Below are positions 17,862-28,375 of a DNA stretch of 64,000 bases, piece after piece. The notes beneath the pieces are model-generated. The model searched no databases and had not been told where the DNA came from. It worked only from the letters and a program-made list of their open reading frames with translations. How positions within the stretch are numbered: the stretch's first letter is position 1; every line of letters begins with the position of its first letter. The position numbers and the translations under genes were made by a program. This stretch comes from an uncultured Actinomycetes bacterium (lineage in GTDB: Bacteria > Actinomycetota > Thermoleophilia > Gaiellales > JAICJC01): the NCBI GenBank assembly GCA_963746115.1, contig CAVVAA010000004.1:431218-495217 (forward strand). Reading direction: 5' to 3'.

Positions 17862-19022
17862 ATGTCGAGGTCGTCCGTATGCACGCTCGTCGTTGCGCTT
17901 GCAGCCGTGGGGGCCGCGGCGCCGGCGCCCGCCTCCGCCGTTCCGGCCGCCGGCCCGCAGAGCGCGCCGCTTGCGACCTGGCAGGCCCAGGGCCGGGTGC
18001 GGGCGCTCGCGATCGCAAACGGCGTCGTCTACCTCGGCGGCTCCTTCACGACCCTGTTCTCGCACGGGACACGCGACACGATCGTGCGTCACCACCTGGC
18101 GGCGATGAACGAGGCCACCGGAGCCCCGACGGCCTGGAACCCGAACGTCAACGGCAACGTGCAGACGATCCGCGTGATCGGCAAGCGCGTCTACATCGGC
18201 GGGAGCTTCACGTCGGTCGGCGGGCGGCGGGTGCGCAACGTGGCGGCGATCGGCCGGGCCGGCGGTCGCGTCGTGGCCGGCTTCCACGGCTCCGCCAACG
18301 CGACGGTGAACACGCTGGCGGCATCGAGCTCGACGCTCTATCTCGGCGGCGCGTTCACCCGGGTCGACGGCATTGCCCGGCGCAGCCTGGGGGCGGTGTC
18401 GCTCGCCACCGGTGCGCTGCGCGGGCGCTTCCGCGCGAGCACGAGCGGTGTCGTGAACACGCTTCTCGGCGATGCGAGCACGGGCCGTCTCTACGTGGGC
18501 GGCAACTTCGCTCGGATCGACGGCCTGTCGCGGCCGTTTCTGGGCGCCGTCGGCGAGCGTCGCGGTGCCGCGTTCCGGTGGTCGAGCGCGCCGCTCGGAC
18601 AGGTGTGGTCGCTCGCGCTCGACCCGGGCGGGCCGCTCTACGCCGCCGTCGGCGGGCACCTCGGCGGCCAGCTCGACTCCTACACGGCCGCGACCGGCAC
18701 GCGCCGCTGGCACCGGTTCGCCGACGGCGACGTCCAGGCGGTCGCCCTGGCCGGCGGGGAGGTGCTGGCGGGCGGCCACTTCCTGAACGCCTGCGGCACG
18801 AACCAGGGCGGCGGCAGCCCGTGGGTGTGCACCGTCCCGGTGCAGCGCGACCGCTTCTTCGCCACCAACGCGGCCGGGACGATCCAGCCGTGGAACCCGG
18901 GCGCGAACAGCCTCTACGGGGTCTGGGCGCTGCGGGCCGACGCGCACCACATCGTCGCCGGCGGCGACTTCACGACCGTCGCCGGTAACCACCAGGCCCG
19001 CTTTGCGGAGTTCCTCCGCTGA
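17862..19022 (+). CDS. Secreted beta-propeller repeat protein (delta-60/DUF5122-like repeats)
   Basis: ATG 17862 (preceded by GGGAGGG) within track ORF 17373..19022. Signal peptide MSRSSVCTLVVALAAVGAAAPAPASA. Repeated VY(L/I)GG(S/A/N)FT..(D/G)G motifs. Paralogous to the N-terminal part of 25557..28239(-). Confidence 0.75.
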   Translation: MSRSSVCTLVVALAAVGAAAPAPASAVPAAGPQSAPLATWQAQGRVRALAIANGVVYLGGSFTTLFSHGTRDTIVRHHLAAMNEATGAPTAWNPNVNGNVQTIRVIGKRVYIGGSFTSVGGRRVRNVAAIGRAGGRVVAGFHGSANATVNTLAASSSTLYLGGAFTRVDGIARRSLGAVSLATGALRGRFRASTSGVVNTLLGDASTGRLYVGGNFARIDGLSRPFLGAVGERRGAAFRWSSAPLGQVWSLALDPGGPLYAAVGGHLGGQLDSYTAATGTRRWHRFADGDVQAVALAGGEVLAGGHFLNACGTNQGGGSPWVCTVPVQRDRFFATNAAGTIQPWNPGANSLYGVWALRADAHHIVAGGDFTTVAGNHQARFAEFLR

Positions 19023-19035
19023 CAGACCGGAACCA

Positions 19036-19062
19036 GGGGACTGTCCCATGGGGACAGTCCCC
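19036..19062. repeat. Palindromic 13-mer pair, family A (GGGGACTGTCCC-at-GGGGACAGTCCCC; first copy lacks its last C)
   Basis: Between the convergent beta-propeller gene (stop 19022) and the choline-kinase-like gene (stop 19072). Confidence 0.85.
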
Positions 19063-19071
19063 GCTTCCTCT

Positions 19072-19983
19072 TCAGTCCTCGCGCACGACCTCGTCCAGGA
19101 GCCGGTCGAAGTCGGGCCCGTCGAACTCGGCGAGGGCGCGCTCGTACTTCTCCATGCCCCACGACCAGAAGTCGAAGTCGATGTCCGAGACGCCGTCCTG
19201 GATCGATGCCCAGAGCGTCCACCCGTACTTGGACATGAGGCCCCACAGGCGGGCCCGCGCGATCCGGTTTCGCAGCCTCTGGCCGTAGTAGTGGGTGACG
19301 AGCTCCTCGAGCTGATCGAGCGAGAGGTTCGACTCGCTCCAGACGTTTCCGAGCTCGAAGCAGGCATCGTTCATGCCCGAGTACTCGTAGTCGATCAGCC
19401 GGAACTCGCCGCCGGTGTCGATGAAGTTCTCCGCCAGGAGGTCGTTGTTGCAGGGCACCGTGCCCTCGTCCCGGAGGGCCATCGCCGCCTCGATGCGGCG
19501 CACCTGCGGCTCGAACTCCAGGTAGCGCTCGGGCAGCCGGAAGCCGCGCTCCTGCACGAGCTTCAGGTACCGGCGCTGGATCTGGAACATGTTGAAGTCG
19601 TCCCGGAACGGCGCCGCGGCATGCAGCCGCCGGCAGGCCGCGGCGACCGCCTCGAGCTTGTCGCCCCGGCGCAGGTCCTCCGCGCTCTGGGTGGAGCCCT
19701 CGATGAACTCGAGCACGAGCAGCGAGTGCTCCGGCACGTAGTCGACGACCTTCGCGCCGACCCCCGCCTCGGCCGCCGAGACGCTGTTTCGGTACTCGTT
19801 CTCGCGGTCGATCGCGAGCAGCCCGGCGTCCTTGGCAGAGACGCGCATCACGTACGCCCCGGCGCCGGTGACGACCTTGTAGTTCGTGTTCGTGAGCCCG
19901 CCCGCGAGCTCGGCCACGGTGCGCTCGCCGCGCAGCGCCGGAACCATGTCGAGCAGCTCTCGAAGCGCCGGATCTTCGGCCAC
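19072..19983 (-). CDS. Choline/ethanolamine-kinase-family phosphotransferase (APH fold)
   Basis: 303-aa ORF with GTG start and GAGGAGG 5 nt upstream. GGLTNTNYKV. Brenner-type PCNNDLLAENFI and choline-kinase motif LIDYEYSGMND. Confidence 0.8.
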   Translation of the reverse strand: MAEDPALRELLDMVPALRGERTVAELAGGLTNTNYKVVTGAGAYVMRVSAKDAGLLAIDRENEYRNSVSAAEAGVGAKVVDYVPEHSLLVLEFIEGSTQSAEDLRRGDKLEAVAAACRRLHAAAPFRDDFNMFQIQRRYLKLVQERGFRLPERYLEFEPQVRRIEAAMALRDEGTVPCNNDLLAENFIDTGGEFRLIDYEYSGMNDACFELGNVWSESNLSLDQLEELVTHYYGQRLRNRIARARLWGLMSKYGWTLWASIQDGVSDIDFDFWSWGMEKYERALAEFDGPDFDRLLDEVVRED

Positions 19984-20017
19984 CGGAACCTCCTCGGTCC
20001 GTCGTCGGGCCGCCCAC

Positions 20018-20023
20018 TATAGT
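20018..20023 (+). promoter_or_regulatory. Candidate -10 hexamer TATAGT, 8 nt upstream of ATG 20032, implying a leaderless mRNA
   Basis: cactTATAGTcaccgccaATG sits in a 48-bp divergent intergenic region. There is no room for an SD upstream of 20032. Confidence 0.3.
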
Positions 20024-20031
20024 CACCGCCA

Positions 20032-22456
20032 ATGCAGCCGCAGCGGGCAAGCGTGGTCGTGATCGGCGGCGGCGTCACCGGCTGCAGCGTCGCGTACCAC
20101 CTGGCCGCGGCGGGCGTGCGCGACGTGCTGCTGGTCGAGAAGGACGAGCTCACGAGCGGCTCCACCTGCCACGCCGCCGGGCTCGTCACCCAGTTCAACC
20201 CGTCGCCGGCGATGATGGCGTTCCGCCGCTACAGCGTCGAGCTCTACAACCGCCTCGGCGTGTTCGACGGCATCGGCAGCCTGCGCATCGCCTCGACGCC
20301 GGAGAGCCTGGTCGAGCTGCGCCGCGGCGCCAGCCGGGCGCGCGGGATCGGCCTCGACGTCGAGGTGATCGGCCCGGCCGAGGCCGTCGCGCTGATGCCG
20401 GCCGCGTCGCCGGAGTCGCTGCACGGCGCCGTCTGGATCGCGGACGACGGCTGTGTCGACCCGCACACCGCCACGTACGCCCTCGCGAACGCCGCCCGCG
20501 ACCTCGGCGCGGGCATCCTCACCCACACGCGCGTCACCGGGATCGAGCTCGGGCCGGGCCGGCGCGTCCGGGCCGTCGCCACCGACGCGGGCCGGATCGA
20601 GACGGAGATGATCGTGAACGCGTGCGGGATGTGGGCGCCGCAGGTGGCCGCGATGGTGGGCGCGTTCGCCCCGTCCGTCCCCGTCGACCACCAGCACATC
20701 GCCCTCCATGCCGTGGCCGGCCACGAGCTCGACCGCGACATGCCCTGCTTCCGCGACACCGACAACCTGGTCTACGGGCGGTCGGAGGCGGGCGGCGTCC
20801 TCTTCGGCGGCTACGAGCCGAACCCGGTCGCGCGGTGGGTGGACGGCGTGCCATGGGGCCACGCCGGCACGACCCTGCCCGCGGATCCCGAGCGGTTCGC
20901 GCAGCTGATGGAGGGCGCGGCCCGGCGGTTCCCGTTCCTCGACGACGCCGGCGTGGTCGCGCTCGTCTGCCACCCCGACGCGATGACTCCGGACGGCAAT
21001 CCGCTCCTCGGCCCGATGCCGGGCGTGCCCGGGTTCTGGATGGCGGCCGGGCTTTCGCTGAACGGGTTCGGCGGCGCCGGCGGCATCGGCAAGACGATCG
21101 CCGAGTGGATCACCGCCGGCGAGACCGAGTGGGACGTGCACGGCTACCGGGCCTGGCGGTTCGGCGAGGCGCACCGGCACCCTGACGCGCTCGAGGCGGC
21201 CGGGCGCGAGACCTACAAGTACTACTACCGCCTCCGCTATCCGCTGGACACGTCCGAGTGGGGCCGCCCCGGCCGCGTCTCGCCCCTGCACGGCCCCACC
21301 CAGGACCTCGGCGCGGTCTACGGCGCGAAGAACGGCTGGGAGCGGCCGGACTACTACCGGCCCGGGCAGGCCTGGCGGCGCGCGGGCGAAGACCAGCGCG
21401 CCTACGGGTGGACGCGCCCGCCCGAGCTCGCACGCCTTGCGGTCGAGCACGAGGCCTTCCGCGAGCGGGTCGGCATCATCGACATGACGTCGTTCGGCAA
21501 GATCGAGGTCGAGGGGCCCGACGCGCTGGCCCTGCTCGACCGGGTGTGCGCGAACCGGATCGACCGGCCGCCGGGGAGCGTCATCTACACGCAGTGGTGC
21601 GACCGGCGCGGCGGCATCGTCGCCGACGTGACGGTCACCCGCCTCGGCGACGAGCGCTTCCGCGTCGTCACCGGGGCGGGCGTGGTCGACTCCGACCTCG
21701 GCTGGCTTCTGCTCAACCGTCGCGACGGCGAGCACGTCCGCCTGCGCGAGGCGAGCGCCGAGCTGGCCGTGATCGGGATCTGGGGGCCGCGGGCGCGCGA
21801 CGTGCTCGCCGCGTGCACGGCCGACGACTGTCGGCGCGGACGCGCTGCCGTTTCGCCGCGCCGCCGAGATCGGCCTCGGCCCCGCGCCGGTGCTGGCGCA
21901 GCGGATCACCTACGTCGGCGAGCTCGGGTTCGAGCTCTACGTTGCGCCCGAGTGGGCCGTCCAGGCCTGGGACGCGCTCCTCGCCGCCGGCCGCCAGCAT
22001 GGCATCGAGCCCGGCGGCTACCGGGTGCTCGAGTCGCTGCGGATGGAGAAGGGCTACCGCTACATGGGCACCGACATCTCCGCGGGCGACACGCCCTACG
22101 ACGCCGGCCTCGGCTTCTGCGTCGCCCTCGACAAGGGCGAGTTCAACGGCCGCGAGGCGCTCGCCGCCGCGGCGGCGAAGCCACGCAAGCGCGCCCTGCG
22201 GACGCTCGTCGTCGGCGGCGACGAGTACCTGCCGCTCTACGGCGGCGAGGCCGTGCGGGTGGACGGCCGCACCGCCGGCCGGGTCCGCAGCTGCGCCTAC
22301 GGCTTCACGGTGGGGCGCAACATCGCCTACGCCTATCTCCCGGCCGAGCTGGGCGAGGGGACGGCGGTCGAGGTCGAGGTGCTGGGCGAGCCGGTCGCCG
22401 CCCGGGTCGCGGCCGACGTGCTCTACGACCCCGAGCACCTGCGCGTGCGCGGCTGA
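20032..22456 (+). pseudogene. Dimethylglycine/sarcosine oxidase-dehydrogenase family protein (FAD DAO domain + GcvT-like folate-binding domain), with one +1 frame break near 21826-21832
   Basis: N-terminal VVVIGGGVTGCSVAYHLA. The frame changes from ...IWGPRARDVLAACTADD to ...ADALPFRRAAEIGLGPAPVLAQRITYVGELGFELYV (track ORF 21890..22456). Length 2425 nt = 3n+1. Confidence 0.8.
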
Positions 22457-22474
22457 GCCGATACGGTCCCGCGC

Positions 22475-23944
22475 GTGGCCGCGCCGTCCGTGATCCTCGC
22501 CCTCGACCAGGGCAGCTCGAGCACCCGCTGCATCGCCTACGACGCGCGCCTGAGCCAGGTCGCAACGGCGGTGTCGCGGGTCGAGACGTCGCGCCCCGGC
22601 CCGGGCATGGTCGAGCACGACCCGGACGCGCTCCTGGCCGGTGCGCTCGGCGCGATCGCCGAGGCGCGCGCTGCCTGCGGGGGCGACGTGGCCGGAATCG
22701 GCGTCGCCAACCAGACCGAGACGTTCGTCCTGTGGGAGCGGGACACGGGGCGCGCGGTCACGCCGCTGATCAGCTGGCAGGACCAGCGGGCCGAGGAGCT
22801 CTGCCGGGCGCTCGCCCCCGAGCCCGCGGCAGAGCGGATCGGGGCCGTGACCGGGCTCGCGCTCGATCCGACCTTCTCGGCGCCGAAGCTGGCGTGGCTC
22901 TTCGGCCGCGACCCGGCGCTGCTCGCGCGGGCGGAGTCGGGCGAGCTCGCGTTCGGCGACGTGGCCTGCTGGCTCGCGTGGCACCTGTCCGGCGGCGCCG
23001 GCCATGTCAGCGAGCCGTCGAACGCCTGCCGCACCCTCGTGCTCGACATCGGGGCGATGGCGTGGGACGACGGCCTGCTCGACCTGTTCGGTGTGCCCGC
23101 GGCGCTGCTGCCCGGAGGTGCGCGACTCCGACGGCTCGGGACTGGTCACCTCGGCGGAGATGGTCGGGTTCGAGGCGCCCGTCGCTGCCATGCTCGGCGA
23201 CCAGCAGTCGGCGCTCTACGGCCAGGGCTGCACCGCTCCGCGGATGGCGGCGCTCACCCTCGGCACCGGCGCCTTCGTGTGGCTCAACGCCGGCCCCGAC
23301 CGGCCCGACCCGTCCGAGGGCGTGCTCGCGACCGTTGCCTGGCAGACGGCCCGGCGAGGGCCGCACCTATGCGCTCGAGGCCTTCGGCGCGAACGCGGGC
23401 AACGCCCTCGGCGTGCTGCGCGGGAGCGGCCTTGTCGATGCGGGCTGGCAGTCACGTGCACCCGATTGGGCCCGCCCGCACCCGGTCGTCGTGCCCGCGC
23501 CGGCCGGCCTCGGGACGCCGCACTGGCACGGCGCCGACCGCGTGACGGTGGTCGGGGCGAGCAGCGCGACGACGGCGGACGACCTCGCCGAGGCATGGGT
23601 GGCCGGCGTCGCCCATCAGGTCGCCGACGCGCTCGCCGCCCAGGAGTCGTCGGGCGGGATCGACGTCCTGCGCGTCGGCGGCGGCCTCGCGGCCGACCGC
23701 GCGCTCCTGCAGGCGGTCGCCGACCTGTCCGGGCGTCGTGCTCGAGGTCGCCGCCGACCTCGAGGCGACGGCGCGCGGGATCGCGACGCTCGCCGCCGCG
23801 TCTGTCGGCGTGCTCGACGCCGGCGCGGCCGGGCACGCGGTGGCCCATCGGGTGGAGCCCGCGCTCGACGCGACCGGCCGCGAGCGCGAGCGGGCGCGGT
23901 GGCGCGACGCGCTCGAGGTGCACATGCGCCCGGAGCCGGGGTGA
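22475..23944 (+). pseudogene. glpK: Glycerol kinase (FGGY family), broken by three +1 frame shifts (~23112, ~23360, ~23735)
   Basis: The pieces read ILALDQGSSSTRC...ISWQDQRA...LLP | EVRDSDGSGLV...AMLGDQQSALYGQGC...TVAWQ | YALEAFGANAGNAL...GLGTPHW...LRVGGGLAADRALLQAVADLSG | VLEVAADLEATARGIATLAA, across four track frames. Confidence 0.8.
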
Positions 23945-25542
23945 GCGACGCCGCGCTCGGGCCCGCCGCGCGCGCCGCGGCGCTCGGGCGGATGCGGGCG
24001 GAGCGGTTCGACCTGCTCGTCGTCGGCGGCGGGATCACCGGCGTCGGCATCGCCCTCGACGCGGCAACGCGCGGCCTGTCGGTCGCCCTCGTCGAGGCGC
24101 ACGACATCGCCGCGGGGACGTCGAGCCGCTCCAGCAAGCTCATCCACGGCGGCCTGCGCTACCTGGAGATGCTCGACTTCGGCCTCGTCCGCGAGGCGCT
24201 GCGCGAGCGCCGGCTGCTGCTGACGACCCTGGCGCCGCACCTCGTCCGTCCCGTGCCGTTCCTGTTCCCGCTGCGGCACCGGCTGTGGGAGCGGCCCTAC
24301 CTGGGCGCCGGGCTTCTGCTCTACGACACCATGGGCGGCGCCCGCCACGTTCCGCGGGCGCAGCACCTGTCGAAGCGGACGGCGCTGCGCTCGGCGCCGG
24401 CGCTGCGCCCGGACTCGCTGGTCGGGGCGGTGCGGTTCCACGACGCGCAGGAGGACGACGCCCTCTTCGCCGTGCACGTCGCCCGCACGGCGGCCGCGCA
24501 CGGCGCCGCGATCGCGACGCGAGCGGCGGTCACGGCGTTCGCGCGCGACGAGCGCGGACGGGTCGCCGGCGCGCGCGTCCGCGACGGCCTCGCCGGCGGC
24601 GAGCTCGACGTGCGCGCTCGCCACACGATCGTCGCCGTCGGCGTTGGCACCGACCGCGTGCTCGAGCTTGCGACCGGAAGCCCGCACCACGCCCTGCGCC
24701 CGTCGAAGGGCGATCCACCTGCTCGTGCCGCGCGCGGCGATCCCGATGCGGACGGGGCTCTTCATGCGCACCGAGAAGAGCATCTTCCACGCCATCCCGT
24801 GGGGCGACGGAGCACTGGCTGCTGGGCGATACGGACACCGAGTGGGACGGCGACGCCGGACGCGCCCGTGGCCAACCGGGCCGACGTCGACTACGTGCTC
24901 GCGAAGGTGAACAGCGTGCTCGTGCGGCCGGTCCAGAAGGCGCAGGTCTGCGGCGTCTACGCGGGCCTGCGCCCGCTCGTCGCGGCCCAGGGGGCGGCGA
25001 CGACGACCCGCCTCTCCCGCGAGCACCGGCTGTTCGCGCCGCTGCCGGGGCTGACCGCGATCGCCGGCGGCAAGTACACCACCTACCGGGTGATGGCCCG
25101 CGATGCGGTCGATGCGGCGGCCCGCGACCTCGGTGGCGCTGCGCCCTCGCGGACGCACGAGGTTCCGCTGGTCGACGCCGCGGGCGAGGTCGACGCGCTG
25201 GTCGCCGCCGACCCGGCGCTGGGGGAGCCGATCGCGGGCACCCGGCACAGGGCCGCCGACGCCGTCCACGCGTGCACGCACGAGGGCGCGCTCGACCTGG
25301 ACGACGTCCTCACCCGGCGGCTGCGGGTCTCGATCGAGGTGCCCGACCGCGGCCGGGCGGCCGCCGCCGAGGTTGCCCCGCTCGTCGCGCCCGCGCTGGA
25401 CTGGTCGGACGCGCGGGTGGCTGACGAGATCGCCCGCTACGTCCGGCTCCGCGACGCCGAGGCTGCCGCCGAGGACGCGCCCGACGACGCCACCGCCCGC
25501 GCACGCTACCGGGCCGTGCTCGGCGCACCAGACGGGGTCTGA
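23941..25542 (+). pseudogene. glpD: Glycerol-3-phosphate dehydrogenase (FAD-dependent, GlpD type), with three +1 frame shifts (~24711, ~24808, ~24852)
   Basis: GTG 23941 overlaps the glpK stop (GTGA). FDLLVVGGGITGVGIALDAATRG...SSRSSKLIHGGLRYL. Middle section RPSKG | IHLLVPRAAIPMRTGLFMRTEKSIFHAIPWGD | HWLLGDTDTEWDGD | ANRADVDYVLAKVN lies in three frames. Start and end share one frame. Confidence 0.8.
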
Positions 25543-25546
25543 CCCC
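25534..25546. repeat. Palindromic 13-mer, family C (GGGGTCTGACCCC), single copy
   Basis: Exact palindrome. Its central TGA (25540-25542) is the glpD stop codon. It lies between convergent glpD and the adhesin-like gene. Confidence 0.7.
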
Positions 25547-25556
25547 ACCTGGCGCG

Positions 25557-28239
25557 TCAGAACATCGTCTGGGTCTTCGTGAACGAGCCGCCCGCCGGGT
25601 TCCCCGCTGGGTCGGTGATCGTCGGCGCCGGCGTGTAGGTGACCGTGACGTTCTTGACGGTGCCGAGGGCGGTGCAGCCGGCACCTGCGCAGGCCCGAAG
25701 ATGCGGGCGGTCAGCGACACCTGAGCGCTCGAGTAGGAGAGCACCGACGACGCCCAGCTCGCGCTCGTGCCGTCGGCGGTCAGGTAGCCGTCGCTACCCA
25801 GATCCAGCGACCCGGCGATGAAGCTCCCGATCGTGAGCGTGTCGTTGCCCGGTCCCGTGGGATCGGTGATCGTGATTGTCGTCGTCGCCGGGATCGACGA
25901 CGGCAGGAGCGACTCGCTCCACTCGGCGTGATCTCGTCGCAGGCCTCGGGAACGCCCGCCGTGTTCACCGTCCCCGCGCAGGCACCCTCGTGTTGTGCTG
26001 GTGGCGGAAGCCGACCGCCACCGGCCCGGCACCGTCGGCCGGGGCGACGCGGCGAAGGACGCGCGGTTCCCGCCCATGTCCTGGATGCTCGTTCCCCGAC
26101 TGCAGCCCGACCTGGAACAGGCTCGACCGCGTGTCGGGCTGATCCGTCCAGGCGCCGATGACGAGCGTCGCGGTGTTCCCGCTGTGCTCACGGACTGCAG
26201 CGACGCCGCCGGGGCACGTTCGGTCAGCGTCCAGCCCTGGCCGTGCAGGGCGCGGCACAGGTGGCCAGCGGCTCGTTGAACGTGACCGCGACCCGGTCGA
26301 CGAAGCCGTCCTCGTCCGTGGTCGAGCATGTCATGCCGGTCAGGCGGGCGGGGTCTTGTCGCCGACCGCCGACGGATCGCGGTCACCGACGTCGCGTGAC
26401 GGAGTTGTTGTTGCCCGACACCGCGTCGAACTGCGTGCCGGCGACGAGGCGGGTTGATCAGCGTCTGCGGCGAGCCGGGCGCCGTCATCGGGATGGTGAT
26501 CGTGACGGAGTCGCCCGAGGTCAGCGCCCCGAGGTTGCAGCTGACGGTCGTCGTGCCGAGCACGACCCGGCCGTCGTGGTGACGCTCCGGCAGCGGAGTC
26601 GTCGGCAGCGTGTCGCGTGAACGTCGCGTCCGGCTCGGGGCCGGGCCGTGGTTGACGACCGTGAGCATGTAGGCGAAGCCGGCGCCCTGGTCGACCTTCG
26701 CGGACACCGCCGTGGAGACGCCGAGGTCGGCGCCGCCGCGCGCGGTGACGGTCGTGGTGGCCGAGGCGGAGTTGTTCGCTCGCGTCCGGGTCGGCCGTCG
26801 TCGACGAGACCGACGCGGTGTTCGCGATCGTGCCCGCGGTGTCGCGGTCGCGGGTGATCGCGACGCTCGCGCCCGGCGGTCTCACGGCACCCAGGGTGCA
26901 GCTCACGGTGCGGCGGGATCGTTGTAGCTGCAGCCAGGCGCGCTCTGCGAACGTGAGGCCGGCGGGGAGGACGTCGGTGACCGTCGTGCCGGCGCGGTGT
27001 CCGGGCCGGCGTTGGCGACGCTTGCCGTGAACGTCACCTGCTCGCCGACGTCCAGGCTCGACGGGGAGCCGGCGAGCGACAGCGAGAGGTCGGCGGAGGC
27101 CGCGGCCGCCGAGTCGGTGAACTGGGCGAAGTTGGCCGCTTCTGATCCTGCACGCGGGTGAAGTCGCCGCCGACGTAGAGCTTGTTGGAGCCCTCCCCGT
27201 CGACTGCGAAGACGCCCAGGAACCCGGCCGTCACGGCGGGCAGCCAGCTCGTGTCCAGGGCGCCGGTGGACGCGTTGGCGCGCACGAGCTGGTTGACCAC
27301 GGTGCTCTTGTACTTGAGGAAGTGGCCGCCGAAGTAGGGGACGTCCGCGAGCACTGCGACCGCCTGGACGTTGCCGTCCGTCGTCTGCTCCCAGACCTTG
27401 GCGCCGGTGGTCAGGCTGACCGCGAGCGCTTTGCCGCCGCTGCCACCACCCCCGCCGTACAGCCGGGTGCTGCCCGGGGCCAGCGCCAGCACGGGGTAGG
27501 TCGGGTGGTAGACGCCGGAGATCGAGGCGCCGGTGGTCGGGTTCACGGCGGTCAGGCTCTTCTGGGACGTGCCGTTGACGGTGGCGAAGTTGCCGGCCAG
27601 ATACAGCCGGGTGGACGTCAGCACGAGCGCGCGCACGAGGTTGTCGGCGCTCGTGGTGAACCCGGGCGTGAACGAGCCGTCGGCGGCGTTCAGCTCGTCG
27701 ACCCGCGACACGGCCGTCTGGCCGATCTTGGTGAACGCGCCGCCGATGTAGACGGTGCTGGGGCCGACGGCGATCGCCCGGATGACGTTGTTCGGCCAGC
27801 CGCCCGTGGGCTTCCACGCGATCAGGGCTCCGGTGGCGGTGTTGAAGACCGCGATCTTCTTCTGCGTCTTGCCGTTCACGGTGTTGAAGTTCCCGCCGAC
27901 GTAGAGGCGGGAGCCGTCCGGCGATGCGGCCAGGGCGAATACCTCGGCGTCCACCGTCGGCGCGAAGCCGGTCGGCTGGCCGGTGGTTGCGTCGATCCCG
28001 GCCAGGTTGGACGCGGGCGCCGTGGCCGTGCTCGCCGTGTCGTCCAGCTCGGTGAACGTCCCGCCGAGGTAGATCGTGCTGCCGACCCGGAGCACGACGT
28101 CGACCTTGCCGTTCGTCCCCCACGTGACGTCGGGGACGAGCGGGAGGGCGGCGACCGCCTGGGATTCGCCCACCGTGAGGAGCGCCATGCCGATTCCGGC
28201 GAGGACGAGCAGGCGGCGGACGCGGCACCTTGTCACCAT
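25557..28239 (-). pseudogene. Large secreted beta-propeller + DUF11-repeat (conserved repeat domain) surface/adhesin-like protein, fragmented over many frames
   Basis: N-terminal MVTRCRVRRLLVLAGIGMALLTVGESQAVA plus propeller repeats (track ORF 27034..28272). Continuations lie in other frames: ADLSLSLAGSPSSLDVGEQVTFTASVANAGPDTA, SCTLGAVRPPGASVAITRDRDTAGTIANTASV, FAYMLTVVNHGP, TTVSCNLGALTSGDSVTITIPMTA. Own translation of the tail: ...GTVKNVTVTYTPAPTITDPAGNPAGGSFTKTQTMF*, with stop at 25557. Confidence 0.65.
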
Positions 28240-28375
28240 ACGCGCAACCTTACACATTATTGGCAGTGACACGCGTTACGGCCGGGTTCACCCATCTGAC
28301 GCAGGATCGTCACCCCGCCTTGATCCGCCGCCTCGTACGCTGAATCCAGAGCGGTCAATCGAACAGGAGGCGGTC

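Noticed and set aside
19453-19465. Additional 13-nt palindromes GGGCACCGTGCCC (19453-19465, inside the choline-kinase-like CDS) and CCAGGCGGCCTGG (38959-38971) as further repeat-family members.
   Set aside because: They do not match any of the three consensus sequences, are unpaired and occur once each. Short GC-rich palindromes of this kind are expected by chance in such DNA.
23100-24860. Programmed ribosomal frameshifting as an explanation for the serial +1 breaks in glpK and glpD.
   Set aside because: Several consecutive programmed shifts within single housekeeping-type enzymes are without precedent to my knowledge. I saw no shared slippery motif at the junctions. The same type of break also occurs in unrelated genes on both strands.
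20032-25542. An 1836-aa ORF that could be read as a giant multidomain oxidase-kinase-dehydrogenase fusion protein.
   Set aside because: Large parts of its translation are Arg/Pro/Ala-rich nonsense. The recognisable domains of three separate enzymes alternate between frames, and glpD has its own GTG start overlapping the glpK stop. It is read-through of frame-shifted genes that happens to lack stops.
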